Origin: an uncultured Porphyromonadaceae bacterium
GTDB taxonomy: Bacteria; Bacteroidota; Bacteroidia; Bacteroidales; UBA12481
Reading direction: 5' to 3'
DNA length: 53,062 bases
Assembly (NCBI GenBank): GCA_964416825.1
Contig: CAYQFT010000003.1
Coordinates: 1-53,062 of the forward strand
The notes beneath the pieces were generated by a model, which saw only the letters and a list, made by a program, of their open reading frames with translations, ran no database searches and was not told the DNA's origin. Of the stretch, positions 44,189-53,032 are shown piece after piece; within the stretch, counting starts at the first letter, position 1; every line of letters begins with the position of its first letter. Position numbers and translations under genes: made by a program.

Positions 44189-46585
44189 ATGAATAAGCCT
44201 GTTTTTTACCTGCTGTGGCTGGCTCTTGCCGCATTCCTGTCCTTAACCTCCTGCCAGTTTCAAGGTGACTCTTCACCATTGAGCGAAGCGGTCTGGATTT
44301 CTGATAATGAACCTCTTCCTTCGGAAGACAGCCTTTTTTATCTGGATCATCCGGCTCCGCTTTTTCGGACTTCATTTTCAATAGAAGGCCAAGTTCGGAA
44401 GGCAGAATTGTACATAACGGCAGCCGGATATTATGAAACCTGGATAAACGGCCGGCCGGTTGGCGGCCAGCAGCTGGATCCAGCCTGGACCGACTACCGA
44501 AAGCGGATTTATGTAACCAAAATTGACGTTACGGATCAGTTAGTCAAGGGGGAAAATATCTGGGGAATCATGCCGGGGAACGGATTCTATAATCCCCTGC
44601 CGCTGAAAATGTGGGGTGGGCGGAATATCCGAAAAGCCCTACCAGTAGGGAAGCCTTCGGTCATTGCATCCCTGTGCGTGACTCTTCGGAGCGGGAAGGA
44701 AGTCAAGATATCAACATCCGGCGACTGGCTTTGGACTAGCGGACCGGTTATTCGCAATAGCGTATATCTGGGAGAATGGTTTGATGCCAGAAAGGCAACT
44801 GCGAATTGGTGTCTGCCCGGAACTGACCTTGTGGCCTGGAAGCCGGTTACCGCGGTGGAAGGGCCGGGTGGCAAGCTCCTGGAGGCAGGTTTTCCGCCCA
44901 TACGGGTGACTAAATGGATCGACCCAATTGCAATACGGAGTGATTCACTAAACCGGACGATTGTTGATTTCGGACAGAACCTGGCCGGTGTGCCAAGGAT
45001 CAGGATCAAGGCCGATCAGGGAGACACCATACGCTTCCGGTATGGTGAGCTTTTATATGCCGATGGCTCAGTCAACCCGATGACCACCGTCTGCGGTCAA
45101 ATCAAAAGGCATGGGGTAGGAGGGCCCGGTGCTCCCGATGTGGCTGAACAGGTCGATATATACATTGCCGGGGGCGCCGATCCTGAGTTTTTCCAGCCCC
45201 GTTTCACCTTCAATGGCTTCAGGTACATGGAAATATCAGGCTTGGACTATATTCCTGCAAAAGAAGATATTCAGGCAGGACGAATGAATACGGATGTGCA
45301 GGCTGCTGGCCGGATTAAGAGTTCATCGGAGTATCTGAATAAACTGAATGAAGTGTGCCAATGGACCTTCCTGAGCAATCTGTTCAGTGTTCAATCCGAT
45401 TGTCCTGCCCGTGAAAAGTTTGGTTATGGAGGTGATATTAATGCAACGGCAGAAGCATATATATACAATTTCGACATGCAGTCCATTTACCAGAAGGTGA
45501 TCTATGACTGGGTGGATGCCATGAAGAAGGATGGTTTCATCGACACGGCCCCTTTCGTGGGTATAGAGTACTGCGGCATCAGCTGGGAATCAGCCTTTTT
45601 GTTTTTACAGGATTGGCTTCTGATTCATTACCAGGATATTGATCTCATTCGTGAGCTCTATGAAATGGACCGTGAGTGGATGGATAAAGTGGCCAGGCTG
45701 CATCCGGGATTATTGGTGGATGACGGATTAAGCGACCATGAGAGCCTGCTGAAAGTACCGGTAGAACTTACCGGGACCTGCCATTACCTGCAGGCTGCCC
45801 GAACCATGGAACGTTTTGCCAGGCTTCTCGGAAAGGAAAGTGAAGCGGGAAGTTATGCAGGACTTGCAGAGAAGATCCGGACCGTTTTGATAGATAAATT
45901 CTGGAACGAGCCGGATATTGAGGTACCCAACAAACAGACTCTTCTGGCTTCTTTGCTGTACTTCAAAGTTTTGGATCCGGATCAGGAAAAACTAGCTCTG
46001 GCTCGGCTGCTAGAAACAATACAACAAAATGATTATCATGTAACTACTGGTATTTTTGGGACCAAGTACCTGCTAGATGCCCTCTCTTCAAACGGCCGTA
46101 CCGACATCGCCTACAAAATGGTTACCCAATCCGGTTTTCCGGGCTGGAAACATATGTTGGATCAGGGAGCTACGACATTGTGGGAAACGTGGAAGGAGAG
46201 TGACAATACCTATTCTCAGAACCATCCGATGTTCGGCTCCGTTTCAGAATGGTACATCAAATGGCTCGGTGGCATCCAGCCCGATCAGGAGAATCCGGGA
46301 TCCGGCGTAATCCTGTTGCAGCCCCGGCCGGTGAAGGACCTTGGTGCGCTCACATCGGAAAAAACAGTTGCAGGAGGTACCATTCGCAGCAAATGGTGGT
46401 GGGAAGGTGAAAAGCTTCATCTGGAATTTGATGTGCCACCGGGAAAAGAGGCTGAATGGGTTCCTGAATCGAAAAAATCCGCCATTGAGGTTATTGACCA
46501 TCCTAAAGGGTGGAGCAACAAAGAGTTAGCCGGTGAGGGACGGGTACGGCTTCATAAAAGCGGTAAGTACCATTTTATCATATAG
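44189..46585 (+). CDS. Alpha-L-rhamnosidase (GH78) with signal or lipoprotein leader
   Basis: 798 aa. Leader ...LSLTSCQ. The six-hairpin domain motif SDCPAREKFGYGGD and overall length fit GH78. Confidence 0.75.
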   Translation: MNKPVFYLLWLALAAFLSLTSCQFQGDSSPLSEAVWISDNEPLPSEDSLFYLDHPAPLFRTSFSIEGQVRKAELYITAAGYYETWINGRPVGGQQLDPAWTDYRKRIYVTKIDVTDQLVKGENIWGIMPGNGFYNPLPLKMWGGRNIRKALPVGKPSVIASLCVTLRSGKEVKISTSGDWLWTSGPVIRNSVYLGEWFDARKATANWCLPGTDLVAWKPVTAVEGPGGKLLEAGFPPIRVTKWIDPIAIRSDSLNRTIVDFGQNLAGVPRIRIKADQGDTIRFRYGELLYADGSVNPMTTVCGQIKRHGVGGPGAPDVAEQVDIYIAGGADPEFFQPRFTFNGFRYMEISGLDYIPAKEDIQAGRMNTDVQAAGRIKSSSEYLNKLNEVCQWTFLSNLFSVQSDCPAREKFGYGGDINATAEAYIYNFDMQSIYQKVIYDWVDAMKKDGFIDTAPFVGIEYCGISWESAFLFLQDWLLIHYQDIDLIRELYEMDREWMDKVARLHPGLLVDDGLSDHESLLKVPVELTGTCHYLQAARTMERFARLLGKESEAGSYAGLAEKIRTVLIDKFWNEPDIEVPNKQTLLASLLYFKVLDPDQEKLALARLLETIQQNDYHVTTGIFGTKYLLDALSSNGRTDIAYKMVTQSGFPGWKHMLDQGATTLWETWKESDNTYSQNHPMFGSVSEWYIKWLGGIQPDQENPGSGVILLQPRPVKDLGALTSEKTVAGGTIRSKWWWEGEKLHLEFDVPPGKEAEWVPESKKSAIEVIDHPKGWSNKELAGEGRVRLHKSGKYHFII

Positions 46586-46588
46586 ACT

Positions 46589-47539
46589 ATGAGAGGGTTA
46601 CGATTTTTGATAGCGGCATGTGCAGCAGGAATGACGTTAGGGCTATGCTCGTGCGGAAATCGGCAAAAAACTGGAAAATCTGAGACATTAACAATTATAC
46701 ATGCCGGAAGTCTTTCTGTTCCCATGCGGAATTTGAAGGATGCGTTTATTCTTGAAAACCCGGGAGTTGAAGTCAGGATGGAAGCAGCTGGAAGCATCCA
46801 GTGCATCCGTAAGATTACCGATTTACACCAGCCTTGTGATGTCCTTGCTGTTGCAGATTTTTCGCTGATTGATGATCTGATGTTTCCGGAATATGCGGAT
46901 TGGAATATCCGGTTCGCGACCAACGAGCTTTGCCTTGCATATACTGAAAAATCAAGAGGAAGCCAGGAAATTAATGCCAGCAACTGGTTCACTTTTTTGC
47001 TGAAACCTGATATCTCTTTTGGGCGGAGTGATCCGGATTCCGATCCCTGCGGTTACCGGACCCTTATGGCTCTTCAATTATCTGAAAAATACTATGCGGG
47101 TGGAATCGAATGGGAAGAGATCGCGACTAAGGATCAGCAATACATCCGGTCTAAAGAGACCGACCTGAATGCTTTGCTGGAATCCAGGGCTATTGATTAC
47201 ATTTTTACCTACCGGTCTGTGGCGGTTCAGCATAACTTCCTGCATATTAGGTTCCCTGATTCCATTAACCTCAGTGACCCGGGGCTGGATAACTGGTATT
47301 CAACCGTTTCAGTTGAAATACCCGGATCGGAACCCGGTAAACGCATTGTAAAAAACGGAGCTTCAATGTATTACGGGATTACAATACCGAAACATAGTGA
47401 AAATCCTGCCCTGGCGAAACGATTTATTCAGTTCATTCTGGATCCGGCAAAGGGAGGCAAAATCATCCGGGCAACCGGCCAAAATGTGATACCCCCGGCC
47501 TTCACAGAAAAAAGCATCGGAACCGATGGACTTTTTTAA
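46589..47539 (+). CDS. wtpA: Tungstate/molybdate ABC transporter substrate-binding lipoprotein, WtpA type
   Basis: 316 aa. Lipobox LGLCSC. Motifs: IIHAGSLSVPM, EAAGSIQCIRKIT, DPCGYRTLMALQL, YGITIPKHSENPALAKRFIQF, closely matching archaeal/bacterial WtpA as I recall it. Confidence 0.8.
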   Translation: MRGLRFLIAACAAGMTLGLCSCGNRQKTGKSETLTIIHAGSLSVPMRNLKDAFILENPGVEVRMEAAGSIQCIRKITDLHQPCDVLAVADFSLIDDLMFPEYADWNIRFATNELCLAYTEKSRGSQEINASNWFTFLLKPDISFGRSDPDSDPCGYRTLMALQLSEKYYAGGIEWEEIATKDQQYIRSKETDLNALLESRAIDYIFTYRSVAVQHNFLHIRFPDSINLSDPGLDNWYSTVSVEIPGSEPGKRIVKNGASMYYGITIPKHSENPALAKRFIQFILDPAKGGKIIRATGQNVIPPAFTEKSIGTDGLF

Positions 47540-47569
47540 CAATCCTGATAAAAATTAGGATTTGTGATA

Positions 47570-47597
47570 TTCGATATGTTTTTATTTGCATATCGAA
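47570..47597. promoter_or_regulatory. 9-bp perfect inverted repeat in the wtpA-TonB receptor spacer (candidate operator or RNA stem-loop)
   Basis: TTCGATATG-N10-CATATCGAA. The half-site ATATCG loosely resembles molybdate-regulator operator half-sites. No regulator gene in the window. Confidence 0.3.
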
Positions 47598-47614
47598 ACC
47601 ATAATTGAAACAAT

Positions 47615-49918
47615 ATGAAAAAAAGGATTCTTATTTCTGCTTTGCTTGCTTTGACACTCTTTTCAACCGCGATTGGCCAGATGGTTATCCGGGGGATTGT
47701 TATGGATGCTCAAAACGGACAAGCCTTATCGGGTGCAAATATTCAGGACAGCAGGACGGGCAAAGGTACTGCAGCCGCGACTGATGGCAAGTTTACCCTG
47801 GACCTTGGCAGCGATAAACAAACAACCCTCCGGATCAGTTTCCTGGGATATGAGCCGGAAGAGCTAAGCGTAAATAAGAAATCCGGAGCCAGCCTTATCG
47901 AAATAAAGTTGAGTCCAACCTCCATAAATTCCAATGCCGTGGTTGTGACCGGTACAAAGAACCAGCGGCGCATTCGCGAGATTCCCGGGCGCACGGAATG
48001 GCTGACGGCTAAACAGCTGGAGGCAATTCCCGCTACTCAGGCGGATGATTACCTGCGGACCTTGCCGGGTATTCAGGTCAGCCGGGAACATGGAATCCTG
48101 GATCACAACAGCACCGTTAGCATGCGAGGATTGGGGGGCAGCCAGCAGGGAAGGTATCTGGTCCTGATGGATGGAGTACCGATGAATAAGGCAGATGGCG
48201 GATCAGTGAACTGGAACAGCATCAATACGGATGATATTATGCAGGTAGAGGTTGCCAAAGGCCCCGGGTCTTCCCTTTATGGCGGCAATGCCATGGGCGG
48301 GGTCATGAACTATATCCGGAGAAAGCCGTCAACGCCCCTTGAAGGATCTGCCCATGTTGAATACGGGAGCCTGAATACCCGGCGCGGACGTTTTTCAATC
48401 GGTGGGAATCCTGCCTCACTCGATAACAAGTTCTATTGGTCGGTTCAGGGATTTGGCGCACTCAGCGATGGTTACAATCAGGTGCCTGAGGCGGATCGTG
48501 ATTCAACCGATGTTGCCGGTGGTTTGCAGGAATGGGGTGGGGGAATACGCGCCGGCTACCGGATCAATAAAAACCATCAGGTTGAAATAAGTTCCGGATA
48601 TTGGTCGGATCGCCGCGGGTCCGGAACAAAAATCTTCAGTGAAACCGGTACCTTTTTCGGTCATCAGGTTTGGGATAATTCAGTAAAATATACGGGCAGA
48701 GCCGGGAAAACCAACTGGTCAGCTGTTGGCTATATCACCGATGAAGATTACGAAAGGCTGAATGAATCCATCAAACCCAAGGGGAATTCATATACCTACA
48801 CATCCTATTCGGTAACCTCTGACCGGAAGGACAAGGGAATCATGCTCCATGCGGACCACAGGGCCGGTATAAACCTGATTTCGGTAGGCGGTGATTACAA
48901 GGATGGATCGGTTTTGGGCAAGGATGTCTATACAACTTCATCCGATGTTGTAAATAACATGGGAAAACTCCGGAGCTTTTCTGCCTATATTCAGGATCAG
49001 CTGACAGTTATTAATGAAAAACTTTTCCTTGTTGGCGGATTGCGCTACGACCGGGCGGTTTTTTATGACGGAGCTTTCTTTGTAACGGACCCGACATCGG
49101 CAACCAGCATACTCGGAGAATTGCAGAAACTGGAGCTGGAAAAGAATGTCTGGTCGGAGCTAAGTCCAAAACTGGCACTGAAATATTCCTCACCTGCCGG
49201 TATCGGAGCCTATATTTCCTACGGTCACGGTTTCAGGCCCTCCATCCTTGATGATATGTGCAGGTCGGGCTTCATCAGCGGAGGTTTTAAACGTGCAAAC
49301 CCTTACCTGGGGCCCGAGAAACTGAACAACTTCGAAATCGGTGCAGATATCCCCTTCCTTAAACGGTTAAATTTCTCAGCGAGCGCTTATTATTCAATGG
49401 GAAAGGATTTTATCTACCTGGTAAGTTCTGGAGATTCCATTTTGCAGGGAACGAAATTGAAGCCTCTTCTCGAAGCTCAAAACATATCCGGAGTCAGGAT
49501 CATGGGAATGGAAACCTCACTCCGCGCCGAACTCGGAAACGGGCTAACCGGCTATCTGAATTATGCCTATACAAATGCTCTGGTTTCCGATTATCAGCCT
49601 ACATTTGGCAAGGCTGACCTGAAAGGGAAGGTTCTTGTGTATGTTCCGGAACATCAGGTTTCAGCGGGAATGACCTGGAGAAATCGATGGGTGAACCTGC
49701 ATGTTCAGGGATCCTGGTTAAGTGAGCAATGGATGGATGATGTGAATACAGTTTCCATACCGGCCTTTTTCAAGCTGGATGCGAGAATCTGGAAGGAATA
49801 CAGAGGCTTTCAGGTTTTCATAAACGGACAGAATCTGACCAATACCGTTTATCTGGAAGGGCATGGATTATTATCGCTGGGACGTTTTATTACAGGAGGT
49901 ATCGGATATCAATTTTAA
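47615..49918 (+). CDS. TonB-dependent outer-membrane receptor with CarboxypepD_reg-like N-terminal domain
   Basis: 767 aa. Signal peptide, VIRGIVMDAQNGQALSGANI (carboxypeptidase-regulatory-like), plug region, and a beta-barrel ending in GGIGYQF. Confidence 0.85.
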   Translation: MKKRILISALLALTLFSTAIGQMVIRGIVMDAQNGQALSGANIQDSRTGKGTAAATDGKFTLDLGSDKQTTLRISFLGYEPEELSVNKKSGASLIEIKLSPTSINSNAVVVTGTKNQRRIREIPGRTEWLTAKQLEAIPATQADDYLRTLPGIQVSREHGILDHNSTVSMRGLGGSQQGRYLVLMDGVPMNKADGGSVNWNSINTDDIMQVEVAKGPGSSLYGGNAMGGVMNYIRRKPSTPLEGSAHVEYGSLNTRRGRFSIGGNPASLDNKFYWSVQGFGALSDGYNQVPEADRDSTDVAGGLQEWGGGIRAGYRINKNHQVEISSGYWSDRRGSGTKIFSETGTFFGHQVWDNSVKYTGRAGKTNWSAVGYITDEDYERLNESIKPKGNSYTYTSYSVTSDRKDKGIMLHADHRAGINLISVGGDYKDGSVLGKDVYTTSSDVVNNMGKLRSFSAYIQDQLTVINEKLFLVGGLRYDRAVFYDGAFFVTDPTSATSILGELQKLELEKNVWSELSPKLALKYSSPAGIGAYISYGHGFRPSILDDMCRSGFISGGFKRANPYLGPEKLNNFEIGADIPFLKRLNFSASAYYSMGKDFIYLVSSGDSILQGTKLKPLLEAQNISGVRIMGMETSLRAELGNGLTGYLNYAYTNALVSDYQPTFGKADLKGKVLVYVPEHQVSAGMTWRNRWVNLHVQGSWLSEQWMDDVNTVSIPAFFKLDARIWKEYRGFQVFINGQNLTNTVYLEGHGLLSLGRFITGGIGYQF

Positions 49919-49929
49919 AATTGTAAAAC

Positions 49930-50997
49930 ATGATTATGAAAATATTACCATTCATTTCGCTGGTGGCACTGCTGTTGCCGGCCTGTAATTCAGCCGAGAA
50001 ATCCGGGCAAGGACCATCCGGGATTCAGGTGGCAGCCATTGACTCCGCCGACCAGACCAATGATTTTTACGACAATGTGCCTGCATTTGATCTGCAGGGC
50101 TCACAGATAGTGGAAATTGGGGGCGAAGTCGCCGAAACCATGCAGGTTGACCTCAAGACTCTCCCCCGAAGAAGTGTTATCGTTAAGGAAACAAATTTCC
50201 TTGAGGGTAAGGTCGGCTTTGTTGGCGCCTATCGCTATGATGGGGTGTCTCTGTACGACATTCTCAACCGGGTTCAGGTGCGCAAGAAGAATCTGGAGGA
50301 ATTCAAGCCGATTATTGACCAGTACGTAGTTGTGTACGGAGCCTCCGGGGATTCGGTCGTGTTCAGCTGGGGCGAGATATACTACCCGATAGTGCCGCAT
50401 CAGATCATCATTGCTGACAAAGTTTTGAGGATTGTCCCGAGTAAAACAAAGGATCAGTGGCCGCTGCCGGTGAAAATGAAGGTTATTGCCGGGATTGACC
50501 TGGTTACCGAAAGGAACATTGACGACCCGGTCAGAATCATAGTCCGGACCGTCGGCATTCAGTATAAAGTGGATCGGACCGTTAAGTTTTGGGCGCCAGA
50601 TATGCTTCTCAAGGGCATGGGTGACCAGGAGGCAACCTTAACGGAGCTTCCATCGGGATTGAATCCGCAGGTACTGGATCAGGTTTTTTATGGACGGGGA
50701 ATGGGTATTCATGGAATCACACAGTTCAAAGGAGCATGGCTCAAAGATCTTCTTTTTGATAAATTGCCGCTGACACCGGAAAGAATAAAAGCCGGACTTT
50801 TCGTAATTGCCGCAGTTGACGGATATCGTTGTGCAATGACCTATTCAGAACTGATGAACCGGAATGACAATGCCGGGGTTCTTGTTATGGATGAGAATAA
50901 TTATGAAAATGCCGGAAAGTTCTCATGCATTTTCGGGGCTGATTTTTTCTCAGACCGCGCAATAAAATCCATGACGGAGATCCGGTTGGTACATTGA
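49930..50997 (+). CDS. Lipoprotein of unknown function with internal duplication
   Basis: 355 aa. Leader ...LLLPACNS. Two roughly 120-aa halves share the pattern G-x-V...L..LP...G...F/Y.G..L.D.L...V....DG. No family securely recognised. Confidence 0.5.
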   Translation: MIMKILPFISLVALLLPACNSAEKSGQGPSGIQVAAIDSADQTNDFYDNVPAFDLQGSQIVEIGGEVAETMQVDLKTLPRRSVIVKETNFLEGKVGFVGAYRYDGVSLYDILNRVQVRKKNLEEFKPIIDQYVVVYGASGDSVVFSWGEIYYPIVPHQIIIADKVLRIVPSKTKDQWPLPVKMKVIAGIDLVTERNIDDPVRIIVRTVGIQYKVDRTVKFWAPDMLLKGMGDQEATLTELPSGLNPQVLDQVFYGRGMGIHGITQFKGAWLKDLLFDKLPLTPERIKAGLFVIAAVDGYRCAMTYSELMNRNDNAGVLVMDENNYENAGKFSCIFGADFFSDRAIKSMTEIRLVH

Positions 50998-51033
50998 TGG
51001 TTACCTTAGCAGGGTAATTTTTCCGATGTACAG

Positions 51034-51831
51034 ATGAAGCGATCCGGACTAACGCTTGTGTTTGCAATCCTTGGCGGGTTGGTGCTTCTTTTTATCGTAG
51101 CCCCTCTTGCGGGTCTCTTCCTGAAGACTACTCCGGCTCAGTTTTTTGAAACGGCAGCAGATCAGGAGGTTACAGGAAGTATTTATCTTACGCTCGGGGT
51201 CTCCTTTGCAACTACCCTGGTTTTTGCTCTGGGTGCGGTACCGCTGGCTTTCCTGCTTGCACGGCATTCATTTAAGGGCAAGATTGTGGTTCAGTCGCTG
51301 GTGGACCTGCCAATAGTGATCCCGCACTCAGCCGCTGGTATCGCTTTGCTGGGAATGGTATCGAGGGATACCTGGCTCGGACAGGCTGCTTCTGCAATCG
51401 GGCTTGATTTTGTCGGGCATCCTTTAGGGATCGGTATCGCCATGGCTTTTGTGAGTGTCCCTTTCCTTATCCAGTCGGCCCAGGATGGATTTTTACAGGT
51501 GCCGGCAAGGCTTGAGCAGGCAGCCATGAACCTCGGCGCTTCCGGCTGGAAAACCTTTTTGACAATAAGCCTCCCATTGGCCCGAAGGAACATCCTGACC
51601 GGACTGGTGATGATGTTTTCCCGGGGGCTAAGCGAGTTTGGCGCTATCGTGATTATTGCTTATCATCCCATGGTGACACCAGTATTGATTTACGAGCGTT
51701 TCGGAGCATTCGGATTAAAATACTCCCGCCCTATAGCGGCGCTTTTTGTCCTGATATGCCTGGTGTTTTTTGTCATGCTCCGAATTCTTGCCAACAAACG
51801 TTACAATGATCCGGCTTCAAAACATATCTAA
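51034..51831 (+). CDS. wtpB: Tungstate/molybdate ABC transporter permease
   Basis: 265 aa, about 6 TM segments. EAA loop: LEQAAMNLGASGWKTFLTISLPLARRNILTG. Confidence 0.8.
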   Translation: MKRSGLTLVFAILGGLVLLFIVAPLAGLFLKTTPAQFFETAADQEVTGSIYLTLGVSFATTLVFALGAVPLAFLLARHSFKGKIVVQSLVDLPIVIPHSAAGIALLGMVSRDTWLGQAASAIGLDFVGHPLGIGIAMAFVSVPFLIQSAQDGFLQVPARLEQAAMNLGASGWKTFLTISLPLARRNILTGLVMMFSRGLSEFGAIVIIAYHPMVTPVLIYERFGAFGLKYSRPIAALFVLICLVFFVMLRILANKRYNDPASKHI

Positions 51832-52864
51832 AAAAATCGGGGACTTTAGGTTGCAGGGTATTACCCTTGAGATTACCGAGGGCAGCTATACGGTTTTACT
51901 GGGAGACTCAGGATCCGGAAAAACCCTTCTGCTTGAATTATTGGCAGGCCTTCACCGTGCGGACAGCGGCAAAATTTTGGTTGATGATGTTGAAGTCCAG
52001 GGCAGGCCAATACAGGACCGGCCTTTCGGAATCGTATTCCAGGATCTGGCTCTTTTCCCGCACATGAGTGTGCGTAAAAACATTTCCTATCCCCTATTTA
52101 TGAAAAAGGTGTTGCGATCCTCTGTTGATGATGAGGTCGCTGGGCTTGCCCGAAAATTTGAGATTTCCCACCTGCTCGATCGCTTCCCCGGAACTTTGTC
52201 AGGAGGGGAGAAGCAGCGGGTGGCAATTGCCCGCACACTGGCCACGCATCCGGCGTGTCTGCTGCTCGATGAACCCCTGACGGCCCTGGATGCAAGGATA
52301 CGCAAGGAGATAAAATCTGTTCTGCGGTGGCTGCATCGTGAAGGCCAGACTGTCATTCACGTTACCCATGATTACCAGGAAGCCATTGAACTGGCCAGTA
52401 ATATCGGCATCATGGAAAAGGGCCGGCTGATTCAGTTCGGGCCGGCAGAAGAGATTCTCCGCAATCCGGTTAACACGTTTACCGCACATTTTACCGGAAT
52501 CCGCAATTTCATTAAAGTCACACTGGAGAAGGATCCCGTAACCGGAAACACCCGGAGCATGACCGGGAATGGTATCCCGATTGCGTTAGAAACTCACAAA
52601 TCGGACGGGTGGGGGTATGTCATCATTCCCGAGGATGCCATCTTCCTCTCCACTCATCCGGTTGATACCAGTGCTGCCAATACGTTTCGGGGCATCATCA
52701 CGGACATGGCATCGGTGCCGCATGGGATCGAGGTGACCATTGATGCGGGATTTCCGCTGTATGCCCTGCTAACCAGGGAAGGAATCGACCGGCTGAACCT
52801 TGCGATCGGCTGCACCGTATGGGCAAGTTTCAAGGCCACCGCCGTGCGGTTTGTTAAGAAGTAG
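51806..52864 (+). CDS. wtpC: Tungstate/molybdate ABC transporter ATPase with C-terminal TOBE/Mop-like domain
   Basis: Start at ATG 51806 (MIRLQNISKK) preferred over the ORF start at 51770. Walker A GDSGSGKT, signature LSGGEKQRVAIAR, Walker B LLLDEPL. A roughly 120-aa C-terminal extension. Confidence 0.85.
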   Translation: MIRLQNISKKIGDFRLQGITLEITEGSYTVLLGDSGSGKTLLLELLAGLHRADSGKILVDDVEVQGRPIQDRPFGIVFQDLALFPHMSVRKNISYPLFMKKVLRSSVDDEVAGLARKFEISHLLDRFPGTLSGGEKQRVAIARTLATHPACLLLDEPLTALDARIRKEIKSVLRWLHREGQTVIHVTHDYQEAIELASNIGIMEKGRLIQFGPAEEILRNPVNTFTAHFTGIRNFIKVTLEKDPVTGNTRSMTGNGIPIALETHKSDGWGYVIIPEDAIFLSTHPVDTSAANTFRGIITDMASVPHGIEVTIDAGFPLYALLTREGIDRLNLAIGCTVWASFKATAVRFVKK

Positions 52865-52889
52865 GGGCGGACCCGTGGTCAGCCTGGAT

Positions 52890-52924
52890 CGTGACGCGTG
52901 ACGCGCTACCCGTGAAGCGAGATC
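52890..52924. repeat. Heptanucleotide tandem array (5 units)
   Basis: CGTGACG CGTGACG CGCTACC CGTGAAG CGAGATC, located 26 nt after the wtpC stop. The unit and gene-relative orientation match the array at 18461-18509. Confidence 0.8.
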
Positions 52925-53000
52925 CCCCATGCCCTTCTGCCCCTATGCCCCTATGCCCCTATGCCCCTATTCCCTTATGCCCCCATACCCCTATGCCCCA
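52924..53000. repeat. Octanucleotide tandem array (about 9.5 units) followed by a T run
   Basis: CCCCCATG CCCTTCTG CCCCTATG x3 CCCCTATT CCCTTATG CCCCCATA CCCCTATG CCCCA, then TTTTT. Confidence 0.85.
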
Positions 53001-53032
53001 TTTTTATTATCTTGCATTCAAATCTTAATCCC

